Of a stretch of DNA of 64,000 nucleotides, positions 54,815 through 64,000 are shown one piece after another. Location of the stretch: contig CAJURT010000019.1 in NCBI GenBank assembly GCA_910588875.1, forward strand, positions 281-64,280, read 5' to 3'. Under the pieces are notes generated by a model that saw only the letters and a program-made list of their open reading frames with translations, had not been told where the DNA came from and made no database searches. The translations under genes and the position numbers were made by a program. This DNA is from an uncultured Lachnospiraceae bacterium. Lineage in GTDB: Bacteria; Bacillota; Clostridia; Lachnospirales; Lachnospiraceae. The stretch's first letter is position 1. Every line of letters begins with the position of its first letter.

Positions 54815-55444
54815 TCATCCTCCCAAAGTAATGTCCTGCTCTCCATACCAGGCGATGGCATCATAAACATGCCGGGGGGTAAAATCCGGCCAGTAATCAT
54901 CGACCACATAGATATCCGCATATACCGACTGCACCGGAAGGAAGCCGGACAGCCTCCTCCGCCCGCCCCACCGGATCACCAAATCAACCCTTGATACCTC
55001 TGCCGAACCCATAGCCGGCCCAATGCTCCCTTTACGGAAGCCCAGATCCCATTCGTAACTGTAGTTAACCAAAAAATTGATCTTGATTCCGCCCTTCCCA
55101 AAACAGTGCCTGGTTGTGTAGGGGAGCAATTCCTTCGGAAACATGGCGGAATTGGTGTTTCCCAAAACCAACAACTCTGCATCTTCCCCTGACAAAAAGT
55201 CAACCGCCCTGACACAGGCATCGGAAAAGGCAATCCGTTGTACGGACGGACGTTTGGTATTGTCCACGGTAAAGCCATAGAAGGTAAGTTCCTGCACTCC
55301 CAAACCCCGGCATATGTGGTAAAGTTCCATCCCCGGAGCAATCCCATGCCCATATCCCTCTTCCTTTGCCATCCTCTTCTCAAACGCCCACCGGCGGTTG
55401 CCGTCGGGAATAATGCCTATATGTCTGGGTAACCTCTTCATCAT
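54815..55444 (-). CDS. cis-prenyltransferase (UppS-family isoprenyl transferase), short form
   Basis: 209 aa. HIGIIPDGNRRWA, LTFYGFTVDN and IRWGGRRRLSGFLP motifs. Confidence 0.8.
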   Translation of the reverse strand: MMKRLPRHIGIIPDGNRRWAFEKRMAKEEGYGHGIAPGMELYHICRGLGVQELTFYGFTVDNTKRPSVQRIAFSDACVRAVDFLSGEDAELLVLGNTNSAMFPKELLPYTTRHCFGKGGIKINFLVNYSYEWDLGFRKGSIGPAMGSAEVSRVDLVIRWGGRRRLSGFLPVQSVYADIYVVDDYWPDFTPRHVYDAIAWYGEQDITLGG

Positions 55445-55524
55445 CTATATTCCTTCCGTCCTCCATGGATTTTTTCACTACTCCTATTATACCCATTTCT
55501 TGTCCTGGCAAACGGAAGGCCGCC

Positions 55525-56955
55525 TTAATGCCCATACCGGAATCCCTTCCACCGGTTAATGATTATTTCCCCTGCATCCCTTCTTTCCTTTACAGGCTCT
55601 GCCAATCCCCCCTGTTCCCTCCAAAGGCGTTTCATAATCGCCCGGTAAGAAGGAACCAGGAACAGATCCGCCGCAATCCACGCACAGGGACTGGCGAAGC
55701 AAACCGCCGTATACCCGAAGTAAGGCACCAGCAAAAATCCCACACCGGCACGGGCAGCCATCTCGCACACCCCGGCCAGGACGGCCCTCTTGGAATACCC
55801 CATCCCCTGGATGGTAAAACGCACCACATTTACCAGCACCAGAGGAATAAAAAACGTTGCCGTGGTCAGCAAATACTGCCTGACCTGCCCCAGGATCTGT
55901 ACTTCGTCAGCATCCAGAAACAGCAGGGCAATCTGGTCACCGAAGCAAAACAGCACTGCCAGCGCCAGCACTGCGTAAGCCGCCCCCATCAGAACCGCCG
56001 CCTTCATGCCCTCCTCCAGCCGTTCCAGCTGCCGGGCACCGATATTCTGACCTCCATAGGTGGCCATGGTGGAACCCAATGCATCAAAGGGGCAGCAGAA
56101 AAACATGCCGATCTTTGAGGCTGCGGTCATCGCTGCCACTGACATGGAACCCAGGCCGTTGACTGCCACCTGCAGCACCATGCTTCCGACCGCCGTGATA
56201 GAATACTGCAATCCCATGGGAATCCCGATCCCGCACAGAATCTTCATAATGCTCCCGTTTGGCTTTGCTTCCTCTCTCGTCATCCGCAGGATCTCGTATT
56301 TTTTTACCATAAAAGCCAGGCAGGCAGCCCCGGAGATTGCCTGGGAAACCACCGTCGCCCAGGCAGCCCCGGCCACCCCCATTTTCAGCACCACAATGGT
56401 AAACAAATCCAAAACCACATTCATCAGGGAAGACATGACCAGAAAATAAAGGGGCGTCCTGCTGTCCCCTAAGGACCGGATAATCCCGGATCCCATATTG
56501 TAGAGATAAGTTGCCGGAATCCCCAGGAATATCACAAAAATATAGGCATATGCACCGTCTATGATATCCTCCGGCGTATTCATCCACAGCAGGATCCTGC
56601 GGCAGTGCAGGCATACCAGGGTGGTCATCACCACCGCAAATCCAACGGCCAGCCACGCCCCGTTAGCCGCAAATCTGCGGAGTTCACTAAAACTCTTTTC
56701 CCCGAACTTCTGGGCCACCGGGATGGCAAAGCCATTGCACACTCCCATGCAGAACCCGATAATCATGAAATTGATGGAGCCGGTGGAACCGACCGATGCC
56801 AGGGCTTTGACCCCCAAATAATTCCCCACAATGATCGTATCTACCATATTATAGAGCTGCTGAAACAAAAGCCCGAAAACCATGGGCACAAAAAAGCCGA
56901 AAATCAACCTTACCGGAGATCCTGTTGTCATATCTTTTACCGCAGTATTTGCCAT
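55525..56955 (-). CDS. MATE-family efflux transporter
   Basis: 476 aa, about 12 TM segments, typical N-terminus (PVRLIFGFFVPMVFGLLFQQLYNMVDTIIVG). Confidence 0.88.
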   Translation of the reverse strand: MANTAVKDMTTGSPVRLIFGFFVPMVFGLLFQQLYNMVDTIIVGNYLGVKALASVGSTGSINFMIIGFCMGVCNGFAIPVAQKFGEKSFSELRRFAANGAWLAVGFAVVMTTLVCLHCRRILLWMNTPEDIIDGAYAYIFVIFLGIPATYLYNMGSGIIRSLGDSRTPLYFLVMSSLMNVVLDLFTIVVLKMGVAGAAWATVVSQAISGAACLAFMVKKYEILRMTREEAKPNGSIMKILCGIGIPMGLQYSITAVGSMVLQVAVNGLGSMSVAAMTAASKIGMFFCCPFDALGSTMATYGGQNIGARQLERLEEGMKAAVLMGAAYAVLALAVLFCFGDQIALLFLDADEVQILGQVRQYLLTTATFFIPLVLVNVVRFTIQGMGYSKRAVLAGVCEMAARAGVGFLLVPYFGYTAVCFASPCAWIAADLFLVPSYRAIMKRLWREQGGLAEPVKERRDAGEIIINRWKGFRYGH

Positions 56956-57194
56956 ATTGATTCCTCACTTATTCCTTTCATAACCTGTGATTTCTCCCAC
57001 CCGGGAATGCCATGAGAAAATGTCACACCACAAATTTCAGTAACCTAATTTACTCCATTCCTCCCGAAAAATCAATCGACTAAATGACTAATTTTTGTTG
57101 ATCGTTTTCGCAGTTACTGGTTGTTTTTATTTTGCTTTAGGGCATACAAGCCCACTTCGGTCGTTGCTAAACGAATGCCACTGGCACTCAGCAA

Positions 57195-57423
57195 CCTCGC
57201 AGAGCGTTTTTGTTTCACAAGACGCAATTTCCTATGTGAAAAAGAATCCTGCTTCGCAGGATTCTCCGCCTGCGGCGGGTCGCTTCAGCGACATGATTCC
57301 TTTCCGCCGCAGGCATTGGCTCACTTAGCGAATGCAATGAGCTTAGTGAACAAGCCCACACCGTGTTGCGATCCTCGCGGAGCGTTTTTATATCATAGGA
57401 CGCACTTTCCTATGATATAAGAA
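57195..57423. repeat. two ~52-bp direct repeat units with embedded hairpins in a 480-bp intergenic region
   Basis: 57195-57246 (CCTCGCAGAGCGTTTTTGTTTCACAAGACGCAATTTCCTATGTGAAAAAGAA) aligns with 57373-57423 (CCTCGCGGAGCGTTTTTATATCATAGGACGCACTTTCCTATGATATAAGAA). The second unit holds a perfect 13-bp hairpin (57388-57420). Confidence 0.8.
57238..57265 (-). terminator. terminator-like hairpin inside the intergenic region
   Basis: The minus strand reads AGAATCCTGCGAAGCAGGATTCT (10-bp stem) followed by TTTTTC. Confidence 0.5.
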
Positions 57424-57446
57424 AAAAGCAGGCGATTCACGCCTGC
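57421..57446 (-). terminator. intrinsic terminator of the antiporter gene
   Basis: The minus strand reads GCAGGCGTGAATCGCCTGC followed by TTTTTTC. The hairpin overlaps the stop codon at 57437-57439. Confidence 0.7.
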
Positions 57447-58723
57447 CCCACTTTCATGGTTTTGCTTCTCTTTCCTGTCTCTTTTCTTTTCCCTTTCTCC
57501 TGGCATTCCTCCACGGACTTTGCTATCGCCGGCTTGATAGAGCCTGACAGGAAAAACGAAGCCTTCGCGCAGGCCGGACCCACCAACTCATACAATACCG
57601 ATGACGACAGTATAATGGTCAGAAGCATATCTCCGATCTCTGCCGGCAGCAGTCGCTTGCCCAGAAATGCCAGCCCGATGGCAACCCCTGCCTGCGGGAT
57701 CAGAGCCAGCCCCAGATAATTCCGGATATTGGCCGGCATACCGGTCAGAACACAGCCGAGATAAGCGCCGGAATATTTCCCCACAATCCGAATCAGGAAG
57801 TAGCTTGCTCCGATCACTCCCGCAGTTTTTATTGCCCCCAAATCCAGGTTCATGCCGGATATGATAAAAAACATGCTCATAATCGGCGGTGTGAAATGAT
57901 TGATCTGTTTAAACAGTTTCCGGTCATCCTTCAGGTTCATATAGACAGCGCCGAATACCATGCAGGAAAGCAGCGGGGAGAGTCCAAAGATCGCCCCAAT
58001 GCCAGAAAGCGCCAGCAGCATTGCAATGGTCAGAATCAGCCTGTTATCCTTGCTCCTTGCCGGAGTCAGAAGCCGCGACAAGAAGAAAGCACAGGCAGCC
58101 CCCAGAACCATCCCGGCCGCATTTCCCATAATGGGAACAAAAATATCAGACAATGTGATATGTCCGTCCGTTCCGGCATTGACCACGGCAACCACTACAC
58201 TGTAGATCAGAAGACACACCACATCATCCAATGCCACCACCTGCAGCAATGTAGTCACATACTCTCCCCGGGCATGGTACTGGTGGATCGTCATCATGGT
58301 GCTGGCCGGCGCCGTGGCCGTGGCAATCGCCCCGAGAATCAAGGCAAAATTCCCATTCACATGGAACAAAAACCTCATGGAAAATGTCACCAGCACCCCT
58401 GCTGCCACAGCTTCCAGAACCGTAATCAGGATGATCCGAGGCCCTGCCTCCTGGATAACCTCCCTTTTAAAGAACTTCCCGACGCCGAAGGCAATGAAAG
58501 CCAGCGCAATATCACTCATAAATCCCATATGAGATAAAATGTCCTCCGGAATCAGACGCAGGCAGCCCGGACCAATCAGAACACCTGCGATAATATAACC
58601 ACTGACATTCGGCAGACGCAGATACTTTGTCAGCCTGGTCACTAAAAAGCCGGCAAACAGAATTATTGCCAGCGAGCAAAGCACGATTGTCGATTCATCC
58701 ATGTTTCCATAAAAAAACTGCAT
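57437..58723 (-). CDS. cation:proton antiporter (CPA2/Kef-type Na+/H+ exchanger family)
   Basis: About 12 TM segments (LPNVSGYIIAGVLIGPG...) with a short basic C-terminal tail. Start set to the second ATG (GGGGGAAATAAAA upstream); the ATG at 58744 is possible. Confidence 0.82.
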   Translation of the reverse strand: MQFFYGNMDESTIVLCSLAIILFAGFLVTRLTKYLRLPNVSGYIIAGVLIGPGCLRLIPEDILSHMGFMSDIALAFIAFGVGKFFKREVIQEAGPRIILITVLEAVAAGVLVTFSMRFLFHVNGNFALILGAIATATAPASTMMTIHQYHARGEYVTTLLQVVALDDVVCLLIYSVVVAVVNAGTDGHITLSDIFVPIMGNAAGMVLGAACAFFLSRLLTPARSKDNRLILTIAMLLALSGIGAIFGLSPLLSCMVFGAVYMNLKDDRKLFKQINHFTPPIMSMFFIISGMNLDLGAIKTAGVIGASYFLIRIVGKYSGAYLGCVLTGMPANIRNYLGLALIPQAGVAIGLAFLGKRLLPAEIGDMLLTIILSSSVLYELVGPACAKASFFLSGSIKPAIAKSVEECQEKGKRKETGKRSKTMKVGQA

Positions 58724-58860
58724 TTTTATTTCCCCCTGCTGCATTCTTTTTTCTTGTACCGTCTTCTTGGCGGTGCTATAATTATAGCAGCAATCTCCAT
58801 AAATACAAATTATTAGTTTTTGTATCCTAATAACAAATCATGATACCAGGAGGATTCCCT

Positions 58861-59763
58861 ATGATGGACGCCAAACTCGAGACCTTGCTGAAGGTCAACG
58901 AAACCAGGAACTTTACCAGAGCCGCCAAGCTTCTTTCGCTGACCCAGCCTGCCGTCAGCCAGCACATCCGCCAACTCGAACACGATCTGAAGGTCAGCCT
59001 GTTCATCCGGGGAGAAGGCGCTCTAAAGCTGACTCCTGAAGGAGAAATCGCCGTCAAATACGCCCGGAGAATCGAGAATCTGTATCAGAACCTCGAGCAG
59101 GCCCTGCAAGACGAAAAAAAGAACCTCACCCGGCTCTCCGTCGGCGTCACTCACACCTCAGAGAGCAATATCATTGTGGAGGTCCTTGCCAAATACAGCA
59201 GCCTTGCCGAGAACTGCAAGATAACGATTCTTTCTGATACCATAAATAATCTTTATTATAAACTAAAAACCTATGAACTGGATATCGCCATTGTGGAGGG
59301 AAAAATTGTCGATTCCAATTTCAATAAAGTGCTTTTGGATACCGATTCCCTGATCCTGGCTGTATCCAAAGACCACCCACTGGCGCAAAAAAGCATCGTT
59401 ACCCTGGAAGAACTGAAGAAGCAAAAGCTGATATTGCGCCTGCCGGATTCTGCCACACGCAACCTCTTCGCCTCCCATCTGGAAAGCAACAACCAGACAT
59501 TGGACGAATTCAATGTCATATTAGAGGTAGACAATGTCGCCACCATCAAGGACCTGGTCCGCAGAAATTTCGGCGTCTCCATCCTTCCCCGAAGCACCTT
59601 TGCCTCTGAACTGCGCAAGGGCAAGATGGCCGGACTTCCCATTGAGAACCTCAGTATGACCCGCGAGATCAACATTGTCTACCATCGGGACTTTGCCCAC
59701 GCGGATATGCTGCAGGAGATCACCAAGCTTTACTATCAGTATTCACGCAAAAAGTATTCCTGA
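58861..59763 (+). CDS. LysR-family transcriptional regulator
   Basis: HTH LETLLKVNETRNFTRAAKLLSLTQPAVSQHIRQLE plus a LysR substrate-binding domain. Start set to the ATG at 58861, after AGGAGG. Confidence 0.88.
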   Translation: MMDAKLETLLKVNETRNFTRAAKLLSLTQPAVSQHIRQLEHDLKVSLFIRGEGALKLTPEGEIAVKYARRIENLYQNLEQALQDEKKNLTRLSVGVTHTSESNIIVEVLAKYSSLAENCKITILSDTINNLYYKLKTYELDIAIVEGKIVDSNFNKVLLDTDSLILAVSKDHPLAQKSIVTLEELKKQKLILRLPDSATRNLFASHLESNNQTLDEFNVILEVDNVATIKDLVRRNFGVSILPRSTFASELRKGKMAGLPIENLSMTREINIVYHRDFAHADMLQEITKLYYQYSRKKYS

Positions 59764-59849
59764 ATCCTTCCCGTCACCAAACTTTATTTCACAAGCGCTC
59801 CTCCGGATTCATATCATGTAATATTAAAGAATGTCATTCAGGAGGAATT

Positions 59850-60863
59850 ATGAAAAAAAATGTAGGAAGGAGGCTGGCAGGCCTGTCCCTTACCGCAGTC
59901 CTGCTGCTCTCCTCATTCACTGCCTGCCAGTCCAAAACCGCTGGCACAGGACTGACAAAGGTCACCTTAAATGAGGTCGCCCACTCCATCTTCTATGCCC
60001 CTCAGTACGCAGCCATTGAACTGGGGTACTTTAAAGATGAGGGGATTGACCTCACTTTAGTCAACGGAGCCGGGGCTGACAAGGTAATGACTGCCCTTGT
60101 CAGCGGGGATGCTGACATCGGCTTCATGGGATCCGAAGCCAGTATCTACACCTATGCCGGCGGTTCTGAGGATTATGCCGTCAACTTCGCCCAGCTGACC
60201 CAACGCGCCGGTAATTTCCTGGTGGCCCGCCAGCCGGACGATCATTTTACCTGGGATAAACTGAAAGGGACGAAAGTTCTGGGGGGGAGAGCCGGCGGTA
60301 TGCCCCAGATGGTATTTGAGTATATCTTAAAGAAAAACGGCATCGACCCCAAACTCGACCTGACCATTGACCAGAGTATCAGCTTCGGACTCACTGCCGC
60401 CGCTTTTACCAGCGACGACTCGGATTACACCGTTGAATTCGAGCCCTTCGCCACCGGCCTGGAACTGGAGGGCAACGGCTATGTGGTGGCCTCCCTTGGC
60501 ACGGACTCCGGCTATGTCCCCTACACTGCCTACAGCGCCAGACAAAGCTACCTGAAGGCTCATCCTGAAGTAATCCAGAAATTCACCAACGCAATCCAAA
60601 AAGGCTTGGACTATGTCAATTCCCACTCCGCAGAGGAAATCGCCAAGACCATCCAGCCTCAGTTCAAGGAAACCCCTTTGGAAAATATCACGGCCATTGT
60701 CGAACGCTATAAATCCCAGGATACCTGGAAGGAGGATACCATCTTTGAACAGGAAAGTTTTGAACTGCTGCAGAATATCCTTGAAGAAGCCGGTGAACTG
60801 CCAAAACGGGTTCCCTATGAAGATCTGGTAACCACGGAATATGCGAAAAAGGCTAAGAAATAG
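59850..60863 (+). CDS. NMT1/THI5-like (NitT/TauT-family) ABC substrate-binding lipoprotein
   Basis: Lipobox LLSSFTACQ. VTLNEVAHSIFYAPQYAAIELGYFKDEGIDLTLVNG. There is no permease or ATPase gene next to it. Confidence 0.75.
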   Translation: MKKNVGRRLAGLSLTAVLLLSSFTACQSKTAGTGLTKVTLNEVAHSIFYAPQYAAIELGYFKDEGIDLTLVNGAGADKVMTALVSGDADIGFMGSEASIYTYAGGSEDYAVNFAQLTQRAGNFLVARQPDDHFTWDKLKGTKVLGGRAGGMPQMVFEYILKKNGIDPKLDLTIDQSISFGLTAAAFTSDDSDYTVEFEPFATGLELEGNGYVVASLGTDSGYVPYTAYSARQSYLKAHPEVIQKFTNAIQKGLDYVNSHSAEEIAKTIQPQFKETPLENITAIVERYKSQDTWKEDTIFEQESFELLQNILEEAGELPKRVPYEDLVTTEYAKKAKK

Positions 60864-60896
60864 AAATCCATGGCAAGCCAGCCGCATGGCTATGGC

Positions 60897-60939
60897 TGCC
60901 CCTGCCCTTCTCCCCCATTGGGGGAAAAGGGCAGGGCAG
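60897..60939. terminator. bidirectional hairpin between convergent genes
   Basis: CTGCCCCTGCCCTTCTCCCC ... GGGGAAAAGGGCAGGGCAG. A near-perfect ~19-bp stem. Confidence 0.6.
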
Positions 60940-61048
60940 GGAGGAATCCCATCCCCCTGGGGCTGCCAGTCTATGCCAATACCTCCCCCTCATAACATCC
61001 CCTTCCCTCATCCTCCTTAAAACACCAGCTGCCTATCCTCTCCCCACA

Positions 61049-61423
61049 TCACAATTCCTTCCCCACCGCCTTCGTCACAATCACATCGCTCCCCAGCCCC
61101 AGCACATCCTGAATCACAATCTGCCCTGCCTTCACCGGCGCCGTCAGCCGCTGCTTCCGGATCTCCGCCATCACATCAAAGATCCTCTCTTTGGGAATCG
61201 CCCTGGTGAGGCGCACGCTTGCCAATGGCAGTTCCCCGCCGAATACCAGCACAGAAGTGGCGATATTTCTCTGAGGGTCCGTCAGTTCCTGAACAGCATA
61301 TTCTTTTCCCTTGCGGCAGGTATTTCCTGTTACCAGAATCTCGTCTTCATTCTCCCCCTGTCCGGCTTCGGCTCTCAAGTCACAGCCCAGCGGGCACATA
61401 ATGCAGGTAAATTCTCTTACCAT
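61049..61423 (-). CDS. DUF1667-domain protein
   Basis: 124 aa. FTCIMCPLGCDL...GNTCRKGKEYA. Third gene of the GlpA-like trio. Confidence 0.8.
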   Translation of the reverse strand: MVREFTCIMCPLGCDLRAEAGQGENEDEILVTGNTCRKGKEYAVQELTDPQRNIATSVLVFGGELPLASVRLTRAIPKERIFDVMAEIRKQRLTAPVKAGQIVIQDVLGLGSDVIVTKAVGKEL

Positions 61424-62652
61424 ACCACACTCACCTCCAAATCTTTTTCTCTGCTCAGCTTCTCTGCCTTTACCGGAATCTGAATCATCTCAGCCGGAAT
61501 GGCCTTGGGCATTTTCTTTTCCAGAATCACCTTTTCCCCCTGGCTTAAACGGATGAGAGCATTTCTGACCGGCTTTCTCACCCGCAGAGACAGCTTGAAA
61601 TCCTGGCTGCCGCTGATTCTCTGGGGGATGGTGTGAGTCACGTTGCCGTCAGTTTTTACCTCCAGTCCGCATTCCGCAAGCTGCCCCTCTGTCAGATAGC
61701 GGACCACGGAATCCGCCAGGCTCTCTGCCTCCATGGACACAAAGTCCACCAGATCGTGCACCTGCAGCACATTGCCGGCAGCGAAGATTCCCGGCACGCT
61801 GGTCTGATGGTACTCGTCCACCACAGCCCCCTTGCTCCTCTCGTCCAGCACCACGCCGGCAGACAAGGACAGTTCATTCTCCGGAATCAAACCAACCGAG
61901 AGGATCAGCGTATCGCAGGGATATTCCTTTTCCGTTCCCGGCACTGGCTGCATGCGCCCGTCCACTTCGGACACCACCACAGCCTCCAGCCGGTCCGTCC
62001 CCTTTATCTCTGTCACCGTATGGCTCAAATACAGGGGAATCCCGTAATCGTTCAAACACTGTTCAATGTTCCTGGGAAGCCCGCTGGCATAGGGCTGCAC
62101 CTCAAAGACTGCCTGCACATGGGCGCCCTCTAAGGTCATCCGCCTCGCCATGATCATGCCGATGTCGCCGGAGCCAAGAATCACCACCTCCCGCCCCACC
62201 ATCTTATTTTGCAGGTTGATATAACTCTGGGCCACTCCCGCGGTGTAGACCCCCGCAGGCCGCTGGCCGGGAATGCTGATGGCTCCCCGGGTTCTCTCCC
62301 GGCAGCCCATGGTCAGCACCACAGCCTTTGCCTGAATCTCCAGAATACCGTCCCGGGAGGAGGCGGTCACCTTCCGGTCCCCGGAAATGTCAATGACCGT
62401 GACGTCTGTCATATAGGGAATTCCCATTTCCAGCGCCTGGTCAATAAAACGTGCAGCATACTCCGGACCGCTTAAGGTCTCCCCGAACCGGGTCAGGCCA
62501 AAGCCGTCATGGATACACTGTCTTAAAATCCCTCCCAGAAAATGCTCCCGCTCCAGGATCAGGATATCCCGGATTCCTTTTTCCCACAGGCGCACTGCCG
62601 CTGCCAGGCCCGCAGGCCCGCCGCCAATGATTACCACATCCGTCTGTCTCAT
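61417..62652 (-). CDS. FAD/NAD(P)-binding pyridine-nucleotide-disulfide-type oxidoreductase
   Basis: DVVIIGGGPAGLAAA and VVILGSGDIGMIMA Rossmann motifs, plus GIFAAGNV. Confidence 0.85.
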   Translation of the reverse strand: MRQTDVVIIGGGPAGLAAAVRLWEKGIRDILILEREHFLGGILRQCIHDGFGLTRFGETLSGPEYAARFIDQALEMGIPYMTDVTVIDISGDRKVTASSRDGILEIQAKAVVLTMGCRERTRGAISIPGQRPAGVYTAGVAQSYINLQNKMVGREVVILGSGDIGMIMARRMTLEGAHVQAVFEVQPYASGLPRNIEQCLNDYGIPLYLSHTVTEIKGTDRLEAVVVSEVDGRMQPVPGTEKEYPCDTLILSVGLIPENELSLSAGVVLDERSKGAVVDEYHQTSVPGIFAAGNVLQVHDLVDFVSMEAESLADSVVRYLTEGQLAECGLEVKTDGNVTHTIPQRISGSQDFKLSLRVRKPVRNALIRLSQGEKVILEKKMPKAIPAEMIQIPVKAEKLSREKDLEVSVVW

Positions 62653-64000
62653 TGTTCCTCCCTCACCTTTCCTGTAAACATGTATCCGTCCTTCCTGGAA
62701 TACCGGACCTCCTCCGGGGAGATTCCCAGTTCCTCCTCAATCATTTTCGTGATTCTGGTCTCACAGTAGCCGCCCTGGCAGCGCCCCATGGTGGCCCTCG
62801 TCCGGTTCTTGATGCCGGTCACGGTATGTACGCCCAGGGGATTGTGGATGGCCTGTAAAATCTCTGCCCGGGAGACATTCTCACAGCGGCAGACCACCTC
62901 GCCGTAGTCGGGATTTTCTGCGATTGCCGCTTTTTTCTCCTCCGTGGTCATCTCAATATATTTACGGATTCCTTTGCGGCAGGGATTAAAGTCCGGGTTC
63001 TCCGCCAGCTGCTCCCGCTCCGCCAGGATTTTCACTGCCCTCCGTGCCAGAGGAAGGGCGCAGGTAATGCCCGGGGACTCGATTCCCACCAGGTTGACGG
63101 TATTGGGCTTATCCTCCTCTGCTTCCAGAAGGAAGTCCAGAATCTCCCCCGTCTCCGGGTCATAACGTTTCCAGCGAATCCCGGCAAAATTGCGGATAAA
63201 ATACTCCCGCTTCATGTGTTTGAACATTTTCTGCCCGTCTGCAATCAGGCCGTCTAAGTGTTCCTTTGTGACGGCGTAATCCTCACGCCCTTCTGTCACA
63301 TAAGAATCCGGCCCTACCAGAACGTTTCCGTCAACGGTAGGGGTTGCATGGGTGGAAAATCCGCCCTTGTCATTGGGCGCCGGATAGACCGGAATCCTCA
63401 GATGTTTCCCCGCCTTCTTGTCCAGAATGAAATATTCTCCCTTAAAGCCTTTGGTGGGATAATGGGGATAGCCCAGCATTTCCGAAATCTCCGGCGCATA
63501 CATACCGGCACAGTTGACGACCCATCTGGTCCGGAATTCCCCCTTCCTGGTCTTCACCAGATAGTCCTCTCCCTCCCGCTCAATGGCCACCACCTCTTGG
63601 CCAAAATAAAATTCCACTCCGTTCTGGCAGGCGTTTTCCGCCAGGGCGATGGTATACTGCATGGGATCCAGAATCCCGGAATCCGGCACATACATGGCAA
63701 ATTCTCCGCCCGCGCTGGAATCCAGCCGATGCAGTTCTTCCTTATCAATGATCCGCATCCCCCGGACACCGTTTTGCTCCCCCACTGCCTTGAACTTTAA
63801 AAGGTTCTCCCGGTCATGCTCCGTGAAACCCACCACCACCTTTCCCGTCCGGCGAAAGGGTACCTCCAGTTCCTTTGCCACCTGGTCAAACTCCTGGTTG
63901 CCCTCCACCGCGCACTCTGCCTTTAAAGTACCCGGCTTATAGGTGAAACCGGCATGGAGCATCCCCGTATTCCTGCTGGAATTGCCGCATGCCACGTCCA
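62649..64000 (-). CDS. FAD-dependent glycerol-3-phosphate-dehydrogenase-like oxidoreductase with BFD-like [2Fe-2S] domain; 5' end beyond the right window edge
   Basis: GMLHAGFTYKPG and DAO-family body. C-terminal VCRCENVSRAEI...RATMGRCQGGYC BFD-like motif. The reading frame is open to the window edge. Confidence 0.85.
   Translation of the reverse strand, partial: DVACGNSSRNTGMLHAGFTYKPGTLKAECAVEGNQEFDQVAKELEVPFRRTGKVVVGFTEHDRENLLKFKAVGEQNGVRGMRIIDKEELHRLDSSAGGEFAMYVPDSGILDPMQYTIALAENACQNGVEFYFGQEVVAIEREGEDYLVKTRKGEFRTRWVVNCAGMYAPEISEMLGYPHYPTKGFKGEYFILDKKAGKHLRIPVYPAPNDKGGFSTHATPTVDGNVLVGPDSYVTEGREDYAVTKEHLDGLIADGQKMFKHMKREYFIRNFAGIRWKRYDPETGEILDFLLEAEEDKPNTVNLVGIESPGITCALPLARRAVKILAEREQLAENPDFNPCRKGIRKYIEMTTEEKKAAIAENPDYGEVVCRCENVSRAEILQAIHNPLGVHTVTGIKNRTRATMGRCQGGYCETRITKMIEEELGISPEEVRYSRKDGYMFTGKVREEQ

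Noticed and set aside
54627-54818. 63-aa ORF inside the 54.6-kb palindrome
   Set aside because: It is simply the palindrome read through. A mirror-image ORF would exist on the other strand, and there is no RBS.
57095-57420. 77-aa and 99-aa plus-strand ORFs in the MATE/antiporter intergenic region
   Set aside because: They overlap each other in different frames, lack an RBS, and are built from the repeat and hairpin units.
1-64000. tRNA, rRNA, tmRNA, RNase P or known riboswitches
   Set aside because: None of the intergenic regions showed cloverleaf-type or other recognisable conserved RNA signatures by eye. This is not an exhaustive search; tRNAscan-SE and Infernal should be run.

Overview
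64-kb chromosomal segment from a moderately GC-rich, apparently spore-forming anaerobic Firmicute. Gene content looks like gut Clostridia; that assignment is inference. Nearly all genes are on the minus strand.

Main content, left to right:
- glgP (partial), an AraC regulator, a GGDEF cyclase, a metallophosphoesterase and galK.
- A five-gene overlapping operon: CapA-like protein, DGDG-repeat protein, OmpR-type response regulator, histidine kinase and a membrane-anchored protein.
- Two tandem paralogous cell-wall-binding-repeat surface proteins.
- carA-carB running directly into an ABC ATPase, a zinc-ribbon protein and two permeases.
- A SleC-like peptidoglycan-binding enzyme.
- A sensory [FeFe]-hydrogenase operon: 2Fe-2S ferredoxin, HydS-PAS, PP2C phosphatase and HydA.
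- yajC, tgt and secDF.
- The SCIFF ranthipeptide pair scfA/scfB.
- An AT-richer, decayed integrative island of about 4.9 kb (39.4-44.3 kb).
- cca, proS and a PatB-like lyase.
- Heterodimeric beta-galactosidase lacLM.
- An amino-acid ABC transporter, a cis-prenyltransferase, a MATE pump, a cation/H+ antiporter, and a LysR regulator with an orphan binding protein.
- A GlpA-like, FAD oxidoreductase and DUF1667 trio (partial at the right edge).

I saw no rRNA, tRNA or CRISPR array.

The most interesting unannotated structures:
1. Two diverged ~400-bp modules. Each encodes a 29-aa hydrophobic peptide and a convergent structured antisense RNA, which makes them candidate type I toxin-antitoxin loci. 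They bracket an integrase remnant inside the island.
2. 35-bp direct repeats bounding the island. They duplicate part of the scfA promoter.
3. A long leader upstream of the hydS operon. It contains six 30-bp tandem repeats whose 10-bp core is inverted between the first and last three units.
4. Several large hairpin or repeat elements in intergenic regions that share the heptamer GCGAAGC/GCTTCGC.
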